DNA of 64,000 nt from an uncultured Oscillospiraceae bacterium (GCA_964527315.1 CAZGOQ010000001.1:7972-71971), one strand, 5' to 3'; positions 35,663 to 46,175 are shown, counted from the stretch's first letter. Program-made: numbers and translations. Notes: generated by a model not told the origin, from the sequence alone.

Positions 35663-37705
35663 GTGGTGCCTTTGGTTTCCAGCGCACCGGTGACTGCCCT
35701 GAAGGGCGTCGGTGAGGTCCGCGCCCGGCAACTCCGCAAGCTGGGCATTGAGACCCTTTCTGATCTGATTTCCTATTTTCCCCGCGGGTATGAAGATCGT
35801 ACACACATTATTCCTCTTGCTGAACTGGAATCTGGTGAGCCTGCCTGCTTTCAGGCCACCGTAGTCTCCGCCCCCAGGACCAGTTATATTCGAAGAGGGC
35901 TCAACTCTACCCGCTGCGCCATTTCCGACCAGTCTGCAAAGATTCGTGTCACATGGTTCAATCAGCCCTGGATGCGTGAAAATTTAAAGTCTGGTGAATC
36001 ATATTATTTCTATGGCGTCTTATCTGGAGACGACCGGAACCATCAGATTCTAAATCCCGTGGTGGAACGGGCGGATACACCCCCTGTGGCCACCCGCTGT
36101 ATCATTCCGGTTTATTCCCTGACCAAAGGTCTGACCTCCAAAATGCTCCAGCATCTGATTTTCTCTGCTATGGCGACGGAACCGCCCCGGGAGATATTGC
36201 CAAAGGAATTTCGCAAAATATGGCCCTCCGCCGCAGAGGTATATCAGGAGATACACCATCCCACCTCTATGGAGCGGCTATCCGTCGCCCGAAGCAAACT
36301 GATTTTTGAGGAATTCTTCCTCTATTCCATGGGTCTGGGCCTGATGAAAGCCCAGCGGAAAGAGAAATCCGCATACCCCTGTCGGCAGTTTGTTCCCACA
36401 TCCTTTTATGACGCGCTTCCCTTTTCCCTGACTCATGCCCAGGAACGTGCCTTACAGGAGATCTCCGAGGATTTGTGTTCCGGAAAGCCTATGAACCGGC
36501 TGGTGCAGGGCGACGTTGGCTCCGGGAAAACCATGGTGGCGCTTGGCGCCATGCTTCAGGCAGTGGAAAACGGCTATCAGACCGCTCTGATGGCGCCCAC
36601 GGAACTGCTTGCCATGCAACATTATCAGACAATGTCAAATTTTTTAAAGCCACTGGGCGTCTCTTGCGTTCTTCTGACCGGCTCCGTCACTACGGCCCAG
36701 CGAAGGAAGGCCCTGAATGAAATTGCCACTGGTGCGACAAGGGTTGTCATCGGCACGCATGCGTTGTTTTCCGATGCCGTGGACTTCTGCAATTTGGGGC
36801 TTGCCGTCATCGACGAACAGCAACGCTTTGGCGTCCGCCAGCGTGCGGCTTTGACCGCCAAGGGCTGCGCGCCCCATTTGCTGGTGCTGTCCGCGACCCC
36901 GATCCCAAGAACCCTTTCCCTGATCCTGTACGGCGATCTGGATGTCTCCCTGATCGACGAACTTCCTCCGGGCAGAAAGCCAATTAATACGTTTCTGGTC
37001 AGCAGCAACTACAGGGCGAGACTGCTGGGCTTTTTGAAAAAGCAAGCGGCGGAAGGGCGACAGTCCTATGTGGTTTGTCCCGCCGTGGAGGAAAACCCGG
37101 ATACGGGGCTGACTGCCGCAGAGACGGAATTTGAGAAACTGCGTGCCGCACTGCCGGAACTGTCCATCGGTCTGGTTCACGGTAAGCTTCATTCTGAAGC
37201 CAGGGATGCCGCCATGTCCGCCTTTCTGCGGGGGGAAACGGATATTCTGGTGGCGACCACTGTGATCGAAGTAGGCGTAGATGTCAAAAATGCCACGCTG
37301 ATGATTATAGAGGACGCCGACCGGTTTGGACTGAGCCAGCTTCATCAGTTGCGGGGCCGGGTGGGCCGGGGTGGCGGAACGTCCTATTGCGTACTCGTTT
37401 CGGACAACAAAAATAAAGAAACCAGAAAGCGATTAAAGACCCTTTGCTCCACCAACGACGGCTTTGCCATTGCCCAGCAGGATTTGGAACTGCGCGGCCC
37501 CGGCGATTTCTTCGGAGATCGGCAAAGCGGACTCCCCATGTTTCATATGGCGTCGCTCTCTACTGATCTCGGTATCCTGAAAGACGCCCAGGAAGCCGCG
37601 ACCCGCTATCTTTCCGAGCCTGACCTCTGTGAGCCGGAGGAATATTCCATGCTGATGCAGCGGGTAGACGCGCTGTTTTCTGTTTCCGGCGACACGTTCA
37701 ATTAA
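35663..37705 (+). CDS. recG: ATP-dependent DNA helicase RecG
   Basis: Wedge domain plus QGDVGSGKT Walker A, DEQQRFG and the HQLRGRVGRG motif. The true start may be TTG 35672, 8 nt after GGAGG. Confidence 0.95.
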   Translation: MVPLVSSAPVTALKGVGEVRARQLRKLGIETLSDLISYFPRGYEDRTHIIPLAELESGEPACFQATVVSAPRTSYIRRGLNSTRCAISDQSAKIRVTWFNQPWMRENLKSGESYYFYGVLSGDDRNHQILNPVVERADTPPVATRCIIPVYSLTKGLTSKMLQHLIFSAMATEPPREILPKEFRKIWPSAAEVYQEIHHPTSMERLSVARSKLIFEEFFLYSMGLGLMKAQRKEKSAYPCRQFVPTSFYDALPFSLTHAQERALQEISEDLCSGKPMNRLVQGDVGSGKTMVALGAMLQAVENGYQTALMAPTELLAMQHYQTMSNFLKPLGVSCVLLTGSVTTAQRRKALNEIATGATRVVIGTHALFSDAVDFCNLGLAVIDEQQRFGVRQRAALTAKGCAPHLLVLSATPIPRTLSLILYGDLDVSLIDELPPGRKPINTFLVSSNYRARLLGFLKKQAAEGRQSYVVCPAVEENPDTGLTAAETEFEKLRAALPELSIGLVHGKLHSEARDAAMSAFLRGETDILVATTVIEVGVDVKNATLMIIEDADRFGLSQLHQLRGRVGRGGGTSYCVLVSDNKNKETRKRLKTLCSTNDGFAIAQQDLELRGPGDFFGDRQSGLPMFHMASLSTDLGILKDAQEAATRYLSEPDLCEPEEYSMLMQRVDALFSVSGDTFN

Positions 37706-37792
37706 ACATGTTTTTCATAGCACAAAAACTCCTCCCTCATCATAGTCTGCGATATAAAAAATGCAGATTTTATGACTGCGGGAGGGATTTTT

Positions 37793-39604
37793 ATGTGCGG
37801 CATCGCGGGACAGATTTCCCCTCAGGGGCTTCCGAAGCGTGAGCCTGGCTTTTATAATCAAATTCTATCCGCTATGACGCGGCGGGGGCCGGATCAGGCG
37901 GGAACCTATATGGATCGATGCTGCGCCCTGCTCCATCGACGGCTCAGTGTCATTGATCCGGAGCATGGCTTGCAGCCCATGACCATCGACGGAAAAACCA
38001 TCGTTTACAACGGAGAACTTTATAACGCGCCGGAACTGCGGCAGGAATTGGAGACCGCCGGAGCCGACTTTACCACCCATTCTGACACCGAGGTTCTGCT
38101 CAGGGCCTATCTCCACTGGGGAGAATCCGCTGTGCAAAAACTCAATGGCATATTTGCCTTCGCCATCTATGACCCTAAGAAACGGCGGCTGTTTCTGGCC
38201 AGAGATCCTATGGGCGTAAAGCCGCTGTTTTATGCCCGGTGGGGCGGCAGCCTTTATTTTGCGTCGGAGTTAAAGAGTCTCCTGTGCTTTCCGGAGATCG
38301 AGCCGGTGGTAGACGCCAGAGGGCTTTATGACCTTCTGTTTCTCGGCCCGGGCAGGACGCCGGGGTTTGGAATCTTTCAGGGCATCTATGAACTGGAACC
38401 GGGAAAGTATGGCTATTTCGATGAAACCGGCTTCAGCGTCTCTACATACTGGCGTCTTCAGGATGCCGGATGTCAGGACAGCTTTGAGGAAGCCAGTGAA
38501 AAAACGCGATTTCTGCTGGAAGATTCCATTCGGCGGCAGTTGGTCTCCGACGTACCGGTGGGTGCCTTTCTCTCCGGCGGTCTGGATTCCTCCATCGTCT
38601 CAGCGGTGGCAGCAAAATATCTGGGGAAACTCGACACATTTTCCGTCTATTATCGGGACAACGATAAATTTTTTCAGCAGACGAAATTCCAGCCCAGCGC
38701 CGACAACCAGTTCATCGACATCATGGAGGATCACATCGGTTCTGAAGGGCACCATATCACACTGGACACCGAAGAACTGATCCAAGCACTATTTGAGGCA
38801 GCGGAGGCCAGAGATCTGCCGGGCATGGCGGATGTGGACAGTTCCATGCTGTTGCTCTGCCGTAACGCCAGAAAAACTGCTACAGTAGTGCTCTCCGGAG
38901 AGTGCGCCGACGAGATCTTTGGCGGATATCCATGGTATCGTGATCCAACCATTCGGGAAGCCTACGGTTTCCCCTGGGCACAGACTACGGACTACCGGGC
39001 CAGCTTTGTACGGCCGGAGTTGCTCGCCTGGCTTGACCCAAGAGAATTTGTAGACAATCGGTATCAGGAGACATTGGCCCAGGTGGATAAGCGCCCGGAT
39101 CTTAGTCCCTTGGAATCCCGCATGAAGGAAATGATGGTCTTAAATCTTCGATGGTTTATGCAGACATTACTTGACCGGAAGGATCGGATGTCGATGTGGT
39201 CCGGGCTGGAGATCCGGGTTCCCTTCTGTGACCGGCGGATCGTGGAGTATCTCTACACGGTACCCTGGGGGTTCAAAGACTATCAGGGCCGGGAAAAGGG
39301 GCTTTTGCGCCACGCCTTTCGGGATATGCTCCCTGTTGAGGTACTCTACCGCAAAAAAAGCCCTTATCCGAAAACCTGGAATCCAAACTATAAGGACGCG
39401 GTTTCCGCTCTTCTGCGGCGGGAGTTGGAAGGAACAAATTCTCCCCTGCTGGCGTTCCTGGAGAAAGACAAACTGCTCTCCCTCTGCGAAGAAAACCGCA
39501 GTCTTCCCTGGTATGGCCAGCTGATGACCACCCCCCAGACGATCGCCTATTTTTTGCAGATGGCCCATTGGCTGCGGTATCATCATGTGCGCGTTGTATT
39601 TTAG
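37793..39604 (+). CDS. asnB: asparagine synthase (glutamine-hydrolysing)
   Basis: The MCGIAG Ntn-amidotransferase N-terminus needs Cys2, so the start is trimmed to 37793. SGGLDSS PP-loop. Confidence 0.9.
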   Translation: MCGIAGQISPQGLPKREPGFYNQILSAMTRRGPDQAGTYMDRCCALLHRRLSVIDPEHGLQPMTIDGKTIVYNGELYNAPELRQELETAGADFTTHSDTEVLLRAYLHWGESAVQKLNGIFAFAIYDPKKRRLFLARDPMGVKPLFYARWGGSLYFASELKSLLCFPEIEPVVDARGLYDLLFLGPGRTPGFGIFQGIYELEPGKYGYFDETGFSVSTYWRLQDAGCQDSFEEASEKTRFLLEDSIRRQLVSDVPVGAFLSGGLDSSIVSAVAAKYLGKLDTFSVYYRDNDKFFQQTKFQPSADNQFIDIMEDHIGSEGHHITLDTEELIQALFEAAEARDLPGMADVDSSMLLLCRNARKTATVVLSGECADEIFGGYPWYRDPTIREAYGFPWAQTTDYRASFVRPELLAWLDPREFVDNRYQETLAQVDKRPDLSPLESRMKEMMVLNLRWFMQTLLDRKDRMSMWSGLEIRVPFCDRRIVEYLYTVPWGFKDYQGREKGLLRHAFRDMLPVEVLYRKKSPYPKTWNPNYKDAVSALLRRELEGTNSPLLAFLEKDKLLSLCEENRSLPWYGQLMTTPQTIAYFLQMAHWLRYHHVRVVF

Positions 39605-39615
39605 TTGACATAACA

Positions 39616-39649
39616 AATCTGTGCTGCCTCAAATGGGGCAGCACAGATT
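39616..39649. terminator. bidirectional terminator (asnB / convergent gene)
   Basis: 13-bp stem AATCTGTGCTGCC/GGCAGCACAGATT with an 8-nt loop and a T-rich tail. Confidence 0.7.
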
Positions 39650-39691
39650 TTGTGTTCGCACAAATCCGGTGATCTTCCAATTTCCAGATTT

Positions 39692-40171
39692 CTATGTCAT
39701 TCCGCTGATTTGCAGCCGCGCCCAGGCTTCCTCGTCCTCATAGGCGTTCCACGACTGTTCCAGCGCGGCAGAACGGAGCGCCACCGGCACCGCTCCATAG
39801 GCAAGAGACGCTTCCCTGTCGCTGCCGGAAACTTCCAGAAAAAAATCCACGCTGGAAAGGACTTCCGCCCTGGTCTCCGGCGTATATCCCATCAGGCATA
39901 CTCCGGGCTGCCGCAGTACTCCAAGGCGCTTCTCCGCCCCATTCGCAGCGATCAGCAACTGGGCGCCCTGTTTTAAATACTGCGGCAAAAATTTTAAAAT
40001 GCGTTCCATCTCCTTGGGAGACAGATACGCCGCCGCAGTGCCAAACACCGGAATGCGCTCCCCCAGCGGAAAGCCATGATTGTCCTGCATCCATAGCTTG
40101 TTAAAAACCCGTTCGGCAACACTCTCCCTGTCATAGGGCCGGTGTACCAATGGGTCTGTCATGGGGTTCAT
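39692..40171 (-). CDS. hypothetical 159-aa protein resembling only the C-terminal Rossmann half of a GT-B glycosyltransferase / glycogen synthase
   Basis: AAGGAG RBS 8 nt before ATG 40171. IPVFGTAAAYLSPKE...LKQGAQLLIAANG...FFLEVSGSDREASLAYGAVPV resembles the GlgA/GT4 C-terminal half by eye. Confidence 0.4.
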   Translation of the reverse strand: MNPMTDPLVHRPYDRESVAERVFNKLWMQDNHGFPLGERIPVFGTAAAYLSPKEMERILKFLPQYLKQGAQLLIAANGAEKRLGVLRQPGVCLMGYTPETRAEVLSSVDFFLEVSGSDREASLAYGAVPVALRSAALEQSWNAYEDEEAWARLQISGMT

Positions 40172-40193
40172 TCTGAAACTCCTTTTCATCAAA

Positions 40194-40225
40194 AGGCCCC
40201 ACAAAACGCCATGTCTGTGGGGCCT
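40194..40225 (-). terminator. terminator after yloV-like gene
   Basis: 9-bp stem AGGCCCCAC/GTGGGGCCT followed on the minus strand by TTTT. Confidence 0.55.
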
Positions 40226-40230
40226 GATAT

Positions 40231-41904
40231 TTATTCCGCAGAAATCAAGTAATAGTAGACAGGCTGTCCGCCGGAGAGAAGAGTAATTTCCGCATCCGGG
40301 CATTCCTCTGAGAAAATCTGCGCGGCGATTTGCGCATCGTGTTCCAAAATGTCCTCGCCATAGAAAATTGTAATAAACTCGCTGCCCAATTCTTTGGCTT
40401 TGTTGGCCAGATTCCGAAGCAACGATTGGATATCGCGCTCTGTGCCAAACAGCGCACCTCCGCAGAGGGCAAGATAATCCCCTGCGTTGATGGCATGACT
40501 GTCAAAATCGGAATCCCGGGCCGCATAAGTGATCTGCATGGTGGTAACACCGCCGATGGCCGCCGTCATATTCTCCACATTGTCCGCAATCTCCGCCGAG
40601 GGATCCAAATTCAGCATGGCCGTGATGCCCTGGGGCACCGTGCCGGTGGGGATGACAACTACCTGCTTGTCACTGAGTGGCTCACACTGCTGGGCCGCCA
40701 TGACAATATTTTTATTGTTGGGCAGGACAATCACCACCTCAGAGGGGGTCGCGTCGATCATTTTGAGAATGTCCTCTGTGGAGGGATTCATGGTCTGTCC
40801 GCCGGAAACGATCTGATCAACCCCCAGATCCTTGAACATTGCAGCGATGCCATCGCCCGCGCAGACCGCTACCACGCCGTATTTTTTCTCCGGTGCTGCA
40901 ATCACACGCTGGCTGCGCTCCGCATTTTCGAGTTCCTGCTCCACCTGCTCCAGATCATCGGTACTACTGGCCTTTCTGCCGGCGGCAATCTCCTCGCACT
41001 GGGTTCGCATATTCTCGATCTTTGCCAATTCCAGGACACCGTATTTCGACGCTTCCGTCAGCGCCTGACCGGGAATATCCGTATGAACATGGACTTTAAA
41101 GACCTCGTCGTCTTCGCCGATAACCAGGCTGTCGCCAATGCTGTCAAGATACGCCCGATATTGTTCCAGATCGCAGTGCTCGCCCTTTCGGACAATAAAC
41201 ACCGTATCATAGGTAAAGGTAAAGTTGGACATATCCACCATCACCGGCTGTTCCTCCGCCGCATCCGTCGTCTCCACGGCTTCAATGGGATGGCCCAGCA
41301 TAGCGGACTTCATAGCTTCCAAAATCAGCACAAAGCCCTTGCCTCCGGCGTCCACCACGCCCGCCTTTTTCAGCACCGGATTCTGGTTCACCGTCTCCTC
41401 CAGCGCTGCCTTGGCACTGACGATCGCCACATCCAGAATCGGCTCCAACGCCTGCGTCTCGGCACAGGCCTCGATGGCCGCTTCCGCAGACACGCGGGAG
41501 ACAGTCAAAATCGTGCCCTCAGCCGGCTTCATGACCGCCTTGTAGGCCGCTTCCACGCCCTCTGTCAACGCACCGGCAAAATCCAGGCCGTCCATGGTTT
41601 CCTTGCCCTTCATGTGCTTGGAGAAGCCGCGGAACAGGAGTGAGGTAATGACGCCGGAATTTCCCCGGGCGCCCCGCAACAAAGCGGCAGCGGTGATCTC
41701 CGCCGCTTTGCCGACGGAAATATCCTCTGCCTTTTGCAATTCCTTGGCCGCAGTACCCAGAGTCAGGGCCATGTTGGTGCCCGTATCGCCGTCGGGCACC
41801 GGGAATACATTCAAATCGTTGATGATCTGTTTATTCTGGTCAATGATTGCAGCGGCGCTGAGCAGCATAGATTTCAGTTCCCCGCCGCAGATAAATTCTT
41901 TCAA
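40231..41904 (-). CDS. yloV: DAK2-domain fusion protein YloV
   Basis: NVFPVPDGDTGTNM DAK2 motif plus a DegV-like C-terminal half. The start is placed at TTG 41904, 9 nt after GGAGG. The ORF is open up to 41943. Confidence 0.85.
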   Translation of the reverse strand: MKEFICGGELKSMLLSAAAIIDQNKQIINDLNVFPVPDGDTGTNMALTLGTAAKELQKAEDISVGKAAEITAAALLRGARGNSGVITSLLFRGFSKHMKGKETMDGLDFAGALTEGVEAAYKAVMKPAEGTILTVSRVSAEAAIEACAETQALEPILDVAIVSAKAALEETVNQNPVLKKAGVVDAGGKGFVLILEAMKSAMLGHPIEAVETTDAAEEQPVMVDMSNFTFTYDTVFIVRKGEHCDLEQYRAYLDSIGDSLVIGEDDEVFKVHVHTDIPGQALTEASKYGVLELAKIENMRTQCEEIAAGRKASSTDDLEQVEQELENAERSQRVIAAPEKKYGVVAVCAGDGIAAMFKDLGVDQIVSGGQTMNPSTEDILKMIDATPSEVVIVLPNNKNIVMAAQQCEPLSDKQVVVIPTGTVPQGITAMLNLDPSAEIADNVENMTAAIGGVTTMQITYAARDSDFDSHAINAGDYLALCGGALFGTERDIQSLLRNLANKAKELGSEFITIFYGEDILEHDAQIAAQIFSEECPDAEITLLSGGQPVYYYLISAE

Positions 41905-41939
41905 GTAAGTTGCACCTCCGGGTTTGGCTCTATTGTGTA

Positions 41940-42293
41940 TCAATCTACGCTGATGGAATCAATATAGACATTGACCGCTTTTACTTCCACGCCGGTGGTG
42001 TTTTTCACCACATAACTGACCTCATTGATAATGGCGGGTCCAACAGCGGCAATGTTGATTCCATGATCCATCATCACATGCAGATCAATGGTCACGGTCT
42101 GATCTTCGTTATAGGTCACCAAAACGCCTTTGCCCATGGCCTCCCGGCGAAGCAGGTGCACCAGGCCGTCCGTTCTCGAACGGACGGCCATCCCCTTGAC
42201 GCCGAAGCAGTTGGATGCAGCCATACCGGCAATGTTGGTGAACACCTCATTGCTGATGGTCACTGCGCCGTTATCGTTCCCAAATTGCATCAT
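41940..42293 (-). CDS. Asp23/Gls24 family envelope stress protein
   Basis: 117 aa with the ISNEVFTNIAGMAASNCFGVKGM signature. Its position upstream of yloV matches yloU-yloV. Confidence 0.85.
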   Translation of the reverse strand: MMQFGNDNGAVTISNEVFTNIAGMAASNCFGVKGMAVRSRTDGLVHLLRREAMGKGVLVTYNEDQTVTIDLHVMMDHGINIAAVGPAIINEVSYVVKNTTGVEVKAVNVYIDSISVD

Positions 42294-42396
42294 AAGGATC
42301 GAACTCCTTTCAGCCGAAAATAAATTCCAAATATTTTATATATTCTATTACATTTTACCGAAAAGCACAAGCAAAATTTTCATTTTGCCGCAAAAA

Positions 42397-43962
42397 CTAT
42401 GCCAGCATGGATTCCTCCCACATGGACGGGCAGGGCAACTCCAACAACTCCGCAATGGTGGGTGCCACATTGGCAAGGCCAAAGGCCCCCTCCCGGAGCG
42501 TTCCCTCCCAGCCCCGCAGCACAAAGGGCACAGGATTCAGAGTATGGGCCGTCCGTACCTGCAGTTCGCCCTTTTTGTTCTTTTCCAGCATCACATCGGC
42601 GTTGCCATGATCCGCAGTGACCACAAGAATATATCCCAGTTGCTCCGCCGCATCCACAATGCGGCCCAGTTGGACGTCCAGCGCTTCCATAGAAGCAATC
42701 ACCGCCTGCAGCACGCCGGTATGCCCCACCATGTCGCCGTTGGGAAAATTGCAGCGCAGGAAACCATACTGCTTCGATTCCATGGCGGCAATCAGATGAT
42801 CGGCAATCTCCCGGCACTTCATGGCCGGTTTCTGATCAAAGGGGCAATTGTCGGAGGGGATCTCCTCATAGGTCTCCAATGTTTCTGAAACCTTGCCGCT
42901 GCGGTTCCCGTTCCAGAAATAGGTCACATGGCCGTATTTCTGTGTTTCCGACAGGGCGTATTCGTTGATCCCGTGCTCCACCAGCAGTTCCGTCAATGTG
43001 TTCTCGATCTTGGGCGGCTCCACCAGATATCTTTGGGGAATATGCGCGTCTCCGTCATATTCCAGCATTCCGGCATAGCGCACATCATGATAATCGCCCC
43101 GGTCAAACCGGCAAAAATCCGGATCGTCAAAGGCCCGGCTGATTTCCAATGCCCGGTCTCCCCGGAAATTAAACAAAATCACGCTGTCCCCGGGCCGGAC
43201 CCTGCCAACGGGCCGGCCGTTTTCCGCAATCACAAATTCATGGAGGTTCTGATCAATGCAGTCAAGTTCCGCCCGGTAGGTTTCAATGGCCGTCTTTGCG
43301 TCCGGGAACTGCCGCCCAATGCCGTGGACATGGCAGTCAAAGCCCCGCTTTACCATCTCCCAGTCCGCTTCATAGCGGTCCATGGTCAGGTACATCCGCC
43401 CTCCGCCGGAAGCAATTTTTCCGGTAAAGGAAGCGTCATTCAGTTCCTTCAGTGCATTCTCCAATCGATTGACATATGTCAATGCCGAGGTGGCGGGCAC
43501 ATCCCGTCCATCCAGAAGAACATGGCAGAACGTACGGGAAATCCCCTCCGCCTTTGCCTGACGCAGAAGTGCCAGAAGGTGATCGATATGGGAGTGAACA
43601 TTGCCGTCGGAGAGCAGTCCCAGAAAATGCATGGCCCCGCCGGTTGTTTTGACATATTCCGTCAACGCTTTCCATGCTCTGGACTGAAAAATCACGCCGG
43701 ATGCGAGACTTTCCCCGATCAGCTTTGCTCCCTGGGCATAGACCTGGCCGCAGCCCAGCGTATTGTGTCCTACTTCCGAATTACCCATATCCTCGTCCGT
43801 GGGCAGCCCCACAGCTGTGCCGTGGGCTTTGAGCCGGGTGTGGGGGCAGGTTTCCAAAAGGCGGTCCAAATTCGGCGTATGGGCCTGCTTCACCGCGTCT
43901 CCGGGACCGCCGTCTCCCAGACCCACGCCATCCATAATTACCAGAACAACGGGTTTTTTCAT
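42397..43962 (-). CDS. gpmI: 2,3-bisphosphoglycerate-independent phosphoglycerate mutase
   Basis: MKKPVVLVIMDGVGLG N-terminus and TADHGNAD. I trimmed the start to ATG 43962 after GGGAGGGA. Confidence 0.95.
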   Translation of the reverse strand: MKKPVVLVIMDGVGLGDGGPGDAVKQAHTPNLDRLLETCPHTRLKAHGTAVGLPTDEDMGNSEVGHNTLGCGQVYAQGAKLIGESLASGVIFQSRAWKALTEYVKTTGGAMHFLGLLSDGNVHSHIDHLLALLRQAKAEGISRTFCHVLLDGRDVPATSALTYVNRLENALKELNDASFTGKIASGGGRMYLTMDRYEADWEMVKRGFDCHVHGIGRQFPDAKTAIETYRAELDCIDQNLHEFVIAENGRPVGRVRPGDSVILFNFRGDRALEISRAFDDPDFCRFDRGDYHDVRYAGMLEYDGDAHIPQRYLVEPPKIENTLTELLVEHGINEYALSETQKYGHVTYFWNGNRSGKVSETLETYEEIPSDNCPFDQKPAMKCREIADHLIAAMESKQYGFLRCNFPNGDMVGHTGVLQAVIASMEALDVQLGRIVDAAEQLGYILVVTADHGNADVMLEKNKKGELQVRTAHTLNPVPFVLRGWEGTLREGAFGLANVAPTIAELLELPCPSMWEESMLA

Positions 43963-44042
43963 CTCAAAATTCCCTCCCGAGGTCAATTTTTCCTTTGTGT
44001 TATTGTACACGAATTTTAAAAATTATACAAGGGGAATTGCGG

Positions 44043-44071
44043 TTGCGCAGGGATTACATATATGCTATAAT
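44043..44071 (+). promoter_or_regulatory. promoter of GNAT gene
   Basis: TTGCGC (44043-44048), 17-nt spacer, TATAAT (44066-44071) with a TGC extension. Confidence 0.45.
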
Positions 44072-44094
44072 GTGCCAAACAAAGAAGGGGTTTT

Positions 44095-44622
44095 ATGGAC
44101 GCCTTGACGCTGATCAAGCCCACGCTGGAATATGGCAAAGACATTATGGCCTACCGGCAGGAGTTTTCAGATACCGGAGACGTGATGCACGGCTGCTCCG
44201 GTCTGGAGAAATACGATAACTGCGAACAGTGGCTGGCGCGCATGCAATTATATGAGCACGAAGAGACCTGCCCTGCGATGCGGGTGCCTGAAACGCTGTT
44301 TGTCTGTATTCGCAATTCTGACCAAAAAATTGTCGGTATGCTGGATTTACGTCACAAGTTAATTGATTCCCTTCTGCGAACAGGCGGCCACATTGGCTAT
44401 TCCATTCGCCCCTCAGAGCGTAAAAAGGGCTACGGTACCCGGCAGTTGATGCTTGCCCTGGAGAAATGCCGGGACATTCATCTTAACCGTGTGCTTGTAA
44501 CCTGTGATCAAGAAAATATTGCCTCCGCCAAAATCATCCAGCGCTGCGGCGGCATGTTGGAAAATGAAGTGTTTGACCCCAGCGGCAATACCGTAACACA
44601 GCGGTACTGGATTTTCCTATAA
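44095..44622 (+). CDS. GNAT family N-acetyltransferase
   Basis: 175 aa with an IRPSERKKGYGTRQL acetyl-CoA binding (R/Q-x-x-G-x-G/A) motif. Confidence 0.8.
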   Translation: MDALTLIKPTLEYGKDIMAYRQEFSDTGDVMHGCSGLEKYDNCEQWLARMQLYEHEETCPAMRVPETLFVCIRNSDQKIVGMLDLRHKLIDSLLRTGGHIGYSIRPSERKKGYGTRQLMLALEKCRDIHLNRVLVTCDQENIASAKIIQRCGGMLENEVFDPSGNTVTQRYWIFL

Positions 44623-44626
44623 AATA

Positions 44627-44652
44627 CCCGGAGCGGTTTTTACCGCCCCGGG
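44627..44652. terminator. bidirectional terminator (GNAT / spoIVA)
   Basis: Stem CCCGGAGCGG/CCGCCCCGGG (one mismatch) with loop TTTTTA. A-run upstream and T-run downstream. Confidence 0.6.
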
Positions 44653-44657
44653 ACTTT

Positions 44658-46130
44658 TTATAAAATAATGCAAATCAGCCCGCCGCTGCCCTCGTTGATG
44701 ATTTTCTGAATGGTGTCCCGCAGCTTCATCCGGGCGTCCTCCGGCATTTTTGAGAGTTTTGTATTGACCCCTTCGTTGACCAGTTCAAACAGGGACTTTC
44801 CAAAAATATTGCTCTCCCAGAGTTTCTCCGTATTCCCCTCATACTCCTCCAGCAGATAGCTGACCAGATCCTCCGACTGCTTTTCATCCCCCACCATGGG
44901 ACTCAGCACTGTGGTGATATCCGCCCGGAGCATGTGGATGGAGGGCGCGGAGGCTTTTAATTTGACGCCGTAGCTGCCGTTTTTCCGGACGATTTCCGGT
45001 ACCTCCAGCCGCATTTCATCAGTGGTCGGCATCACAATGCCGTAGCCTGTCGCCCGAACCTGCTCCAGCGCACCGGACACCCGGTCGTATTCCCGTTTGA
45101 CCTCTCCCAGTTCCCGGAGATGTGCCATCAAAGCCCCATCATCGGCGATTTCAACACCGGTCTCCTGGGACAACACCTGATAAAACAACTGCTCCGGGAA
45201 CAGCAGCTGGATCTCCACGATTCCGCTTCCCGGCTCCAGACTTCTGATTTCCATTCGTTCCAGACCGGAGTTTTCCGGAATTTCAGAAAACACTTCTCTG
45301 GTATCCCGCAGATGCCGGGTGTTTTTCGCCATCTCCAAAAGGCTCTGATACAGTTCCGCCTTAATTGGGTGCTCAGAGGGCAGCGCCGTGACCCAGCCGG
45401 GAAGATAGAAGTCCAGTTCCTGCACCGGGAACTCATAGAGCAGCTGCTCAAGGATATTCAAAATGATCTCCTGCTCCATGGTCAAGCAGTTGACCGGAAA
45501 GACCCGAACATGATATTCCTTCTCCAATTCTCCGGCCAGAGCCTTTGTTTCCTGGGAATAAGGCTCGGTGGAATTCAAAAGCACCAGAAACGGCTTTCCC
45601 GTTTTCTCCATATCCAGAATGGAACGCCGCTCCGCTTCCAGATAGTCCTCCCGTGGAATGTCCGTCACACTGCCGTCTGTGGTCACCACAAGGCCGATGG
45701 TGCAGTGATCCTCCATCACCTTTTTGGTTCCCGTTTCCGCTGCTTCCGTCATAGGAATCTCATGGTCATACCAGGGCGTTGTGACCATCCTTGGCTTCCC
45801 ATCCTCGTCAGCGCCAATGGCTCCCGGCACCATGTATCCGACAGAATCAATGAGCCGCACCCGCAGCCGCGTCTGGCCGTCGGGAGAAATCTCAACCGCC
45901 TGTTCCGGAATAAATTTGGGTTCCGATGTGGTGATGGTTCTTCCGCTCCCGCTCTGGGGCAGTTCGTCTCGTGCGCGCTCTCGATGATATACGTTGTCAA
46001 TGGACGGGATGATCAGTTCCTCCATAAACCGTTTGGCAAAGGTGGATTTTCCGGTGCGAACCGGCCCCACCACCGCCAAATAAATATTTCCATCAGTTCT
46101 GCGCCCGATCTCTTCATAGATACTGTTCAA
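44658..46130 (-). CDS. spoIVA: stage IV sporulation protein A
   Basis: MNSIYEEIGRRTDGNIYLAVVGPVRTGKSTF N-terminal Walker A. The length and C-terminus (GSGGLICIIL) are typical. Confidence 0.95.
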   Translation of the reverse strand: MNSIYEEIGRRTDGNIYLAVVGPVRTGKSTFAKRFMEELIIPSIDNVYHRERARDELPQSGSGRTITTSEPKFIPEQAVEISPDGQTRLRVRLIDSVGYMVPGAIGADEDGKPRMVTTPWYDHEIPMTEAAETGTKKVMEDHCTIGLVVTTDGSVTDIPREDYLEAERRSILDMEKTGKPFLVLLNSTEPYSQETKALAGELEKEYHVRVFPVNCLTMEQEIILNILEQLLYEFPVQELDFYLPGWVTALPSEHPIKAELYQSLLEMAKNTRHLRDTREVFSEIPENSGLERMEIRSLEPGSGIVEIQLLFPEQLFYQVLSQETGVEIADDGALMAHLRELGEVKREYDRVSGALEQVRATGYGIVMPTTDEMRLEVPEIVRKNGSYGVKLKASAPSIHMLRADITTVLSPMVGDEKQSEDLVSYLLEEYEGNTEKLWESNIFGKSLFELVNEGVNTKLSKMPEDARMKLRDTIQKIINEGSGGLICIIL

Positions 46131-46175
46131 GCAATTTCCTCCTTATTGGAAAAATTCCGGTTATGACACATGGCT

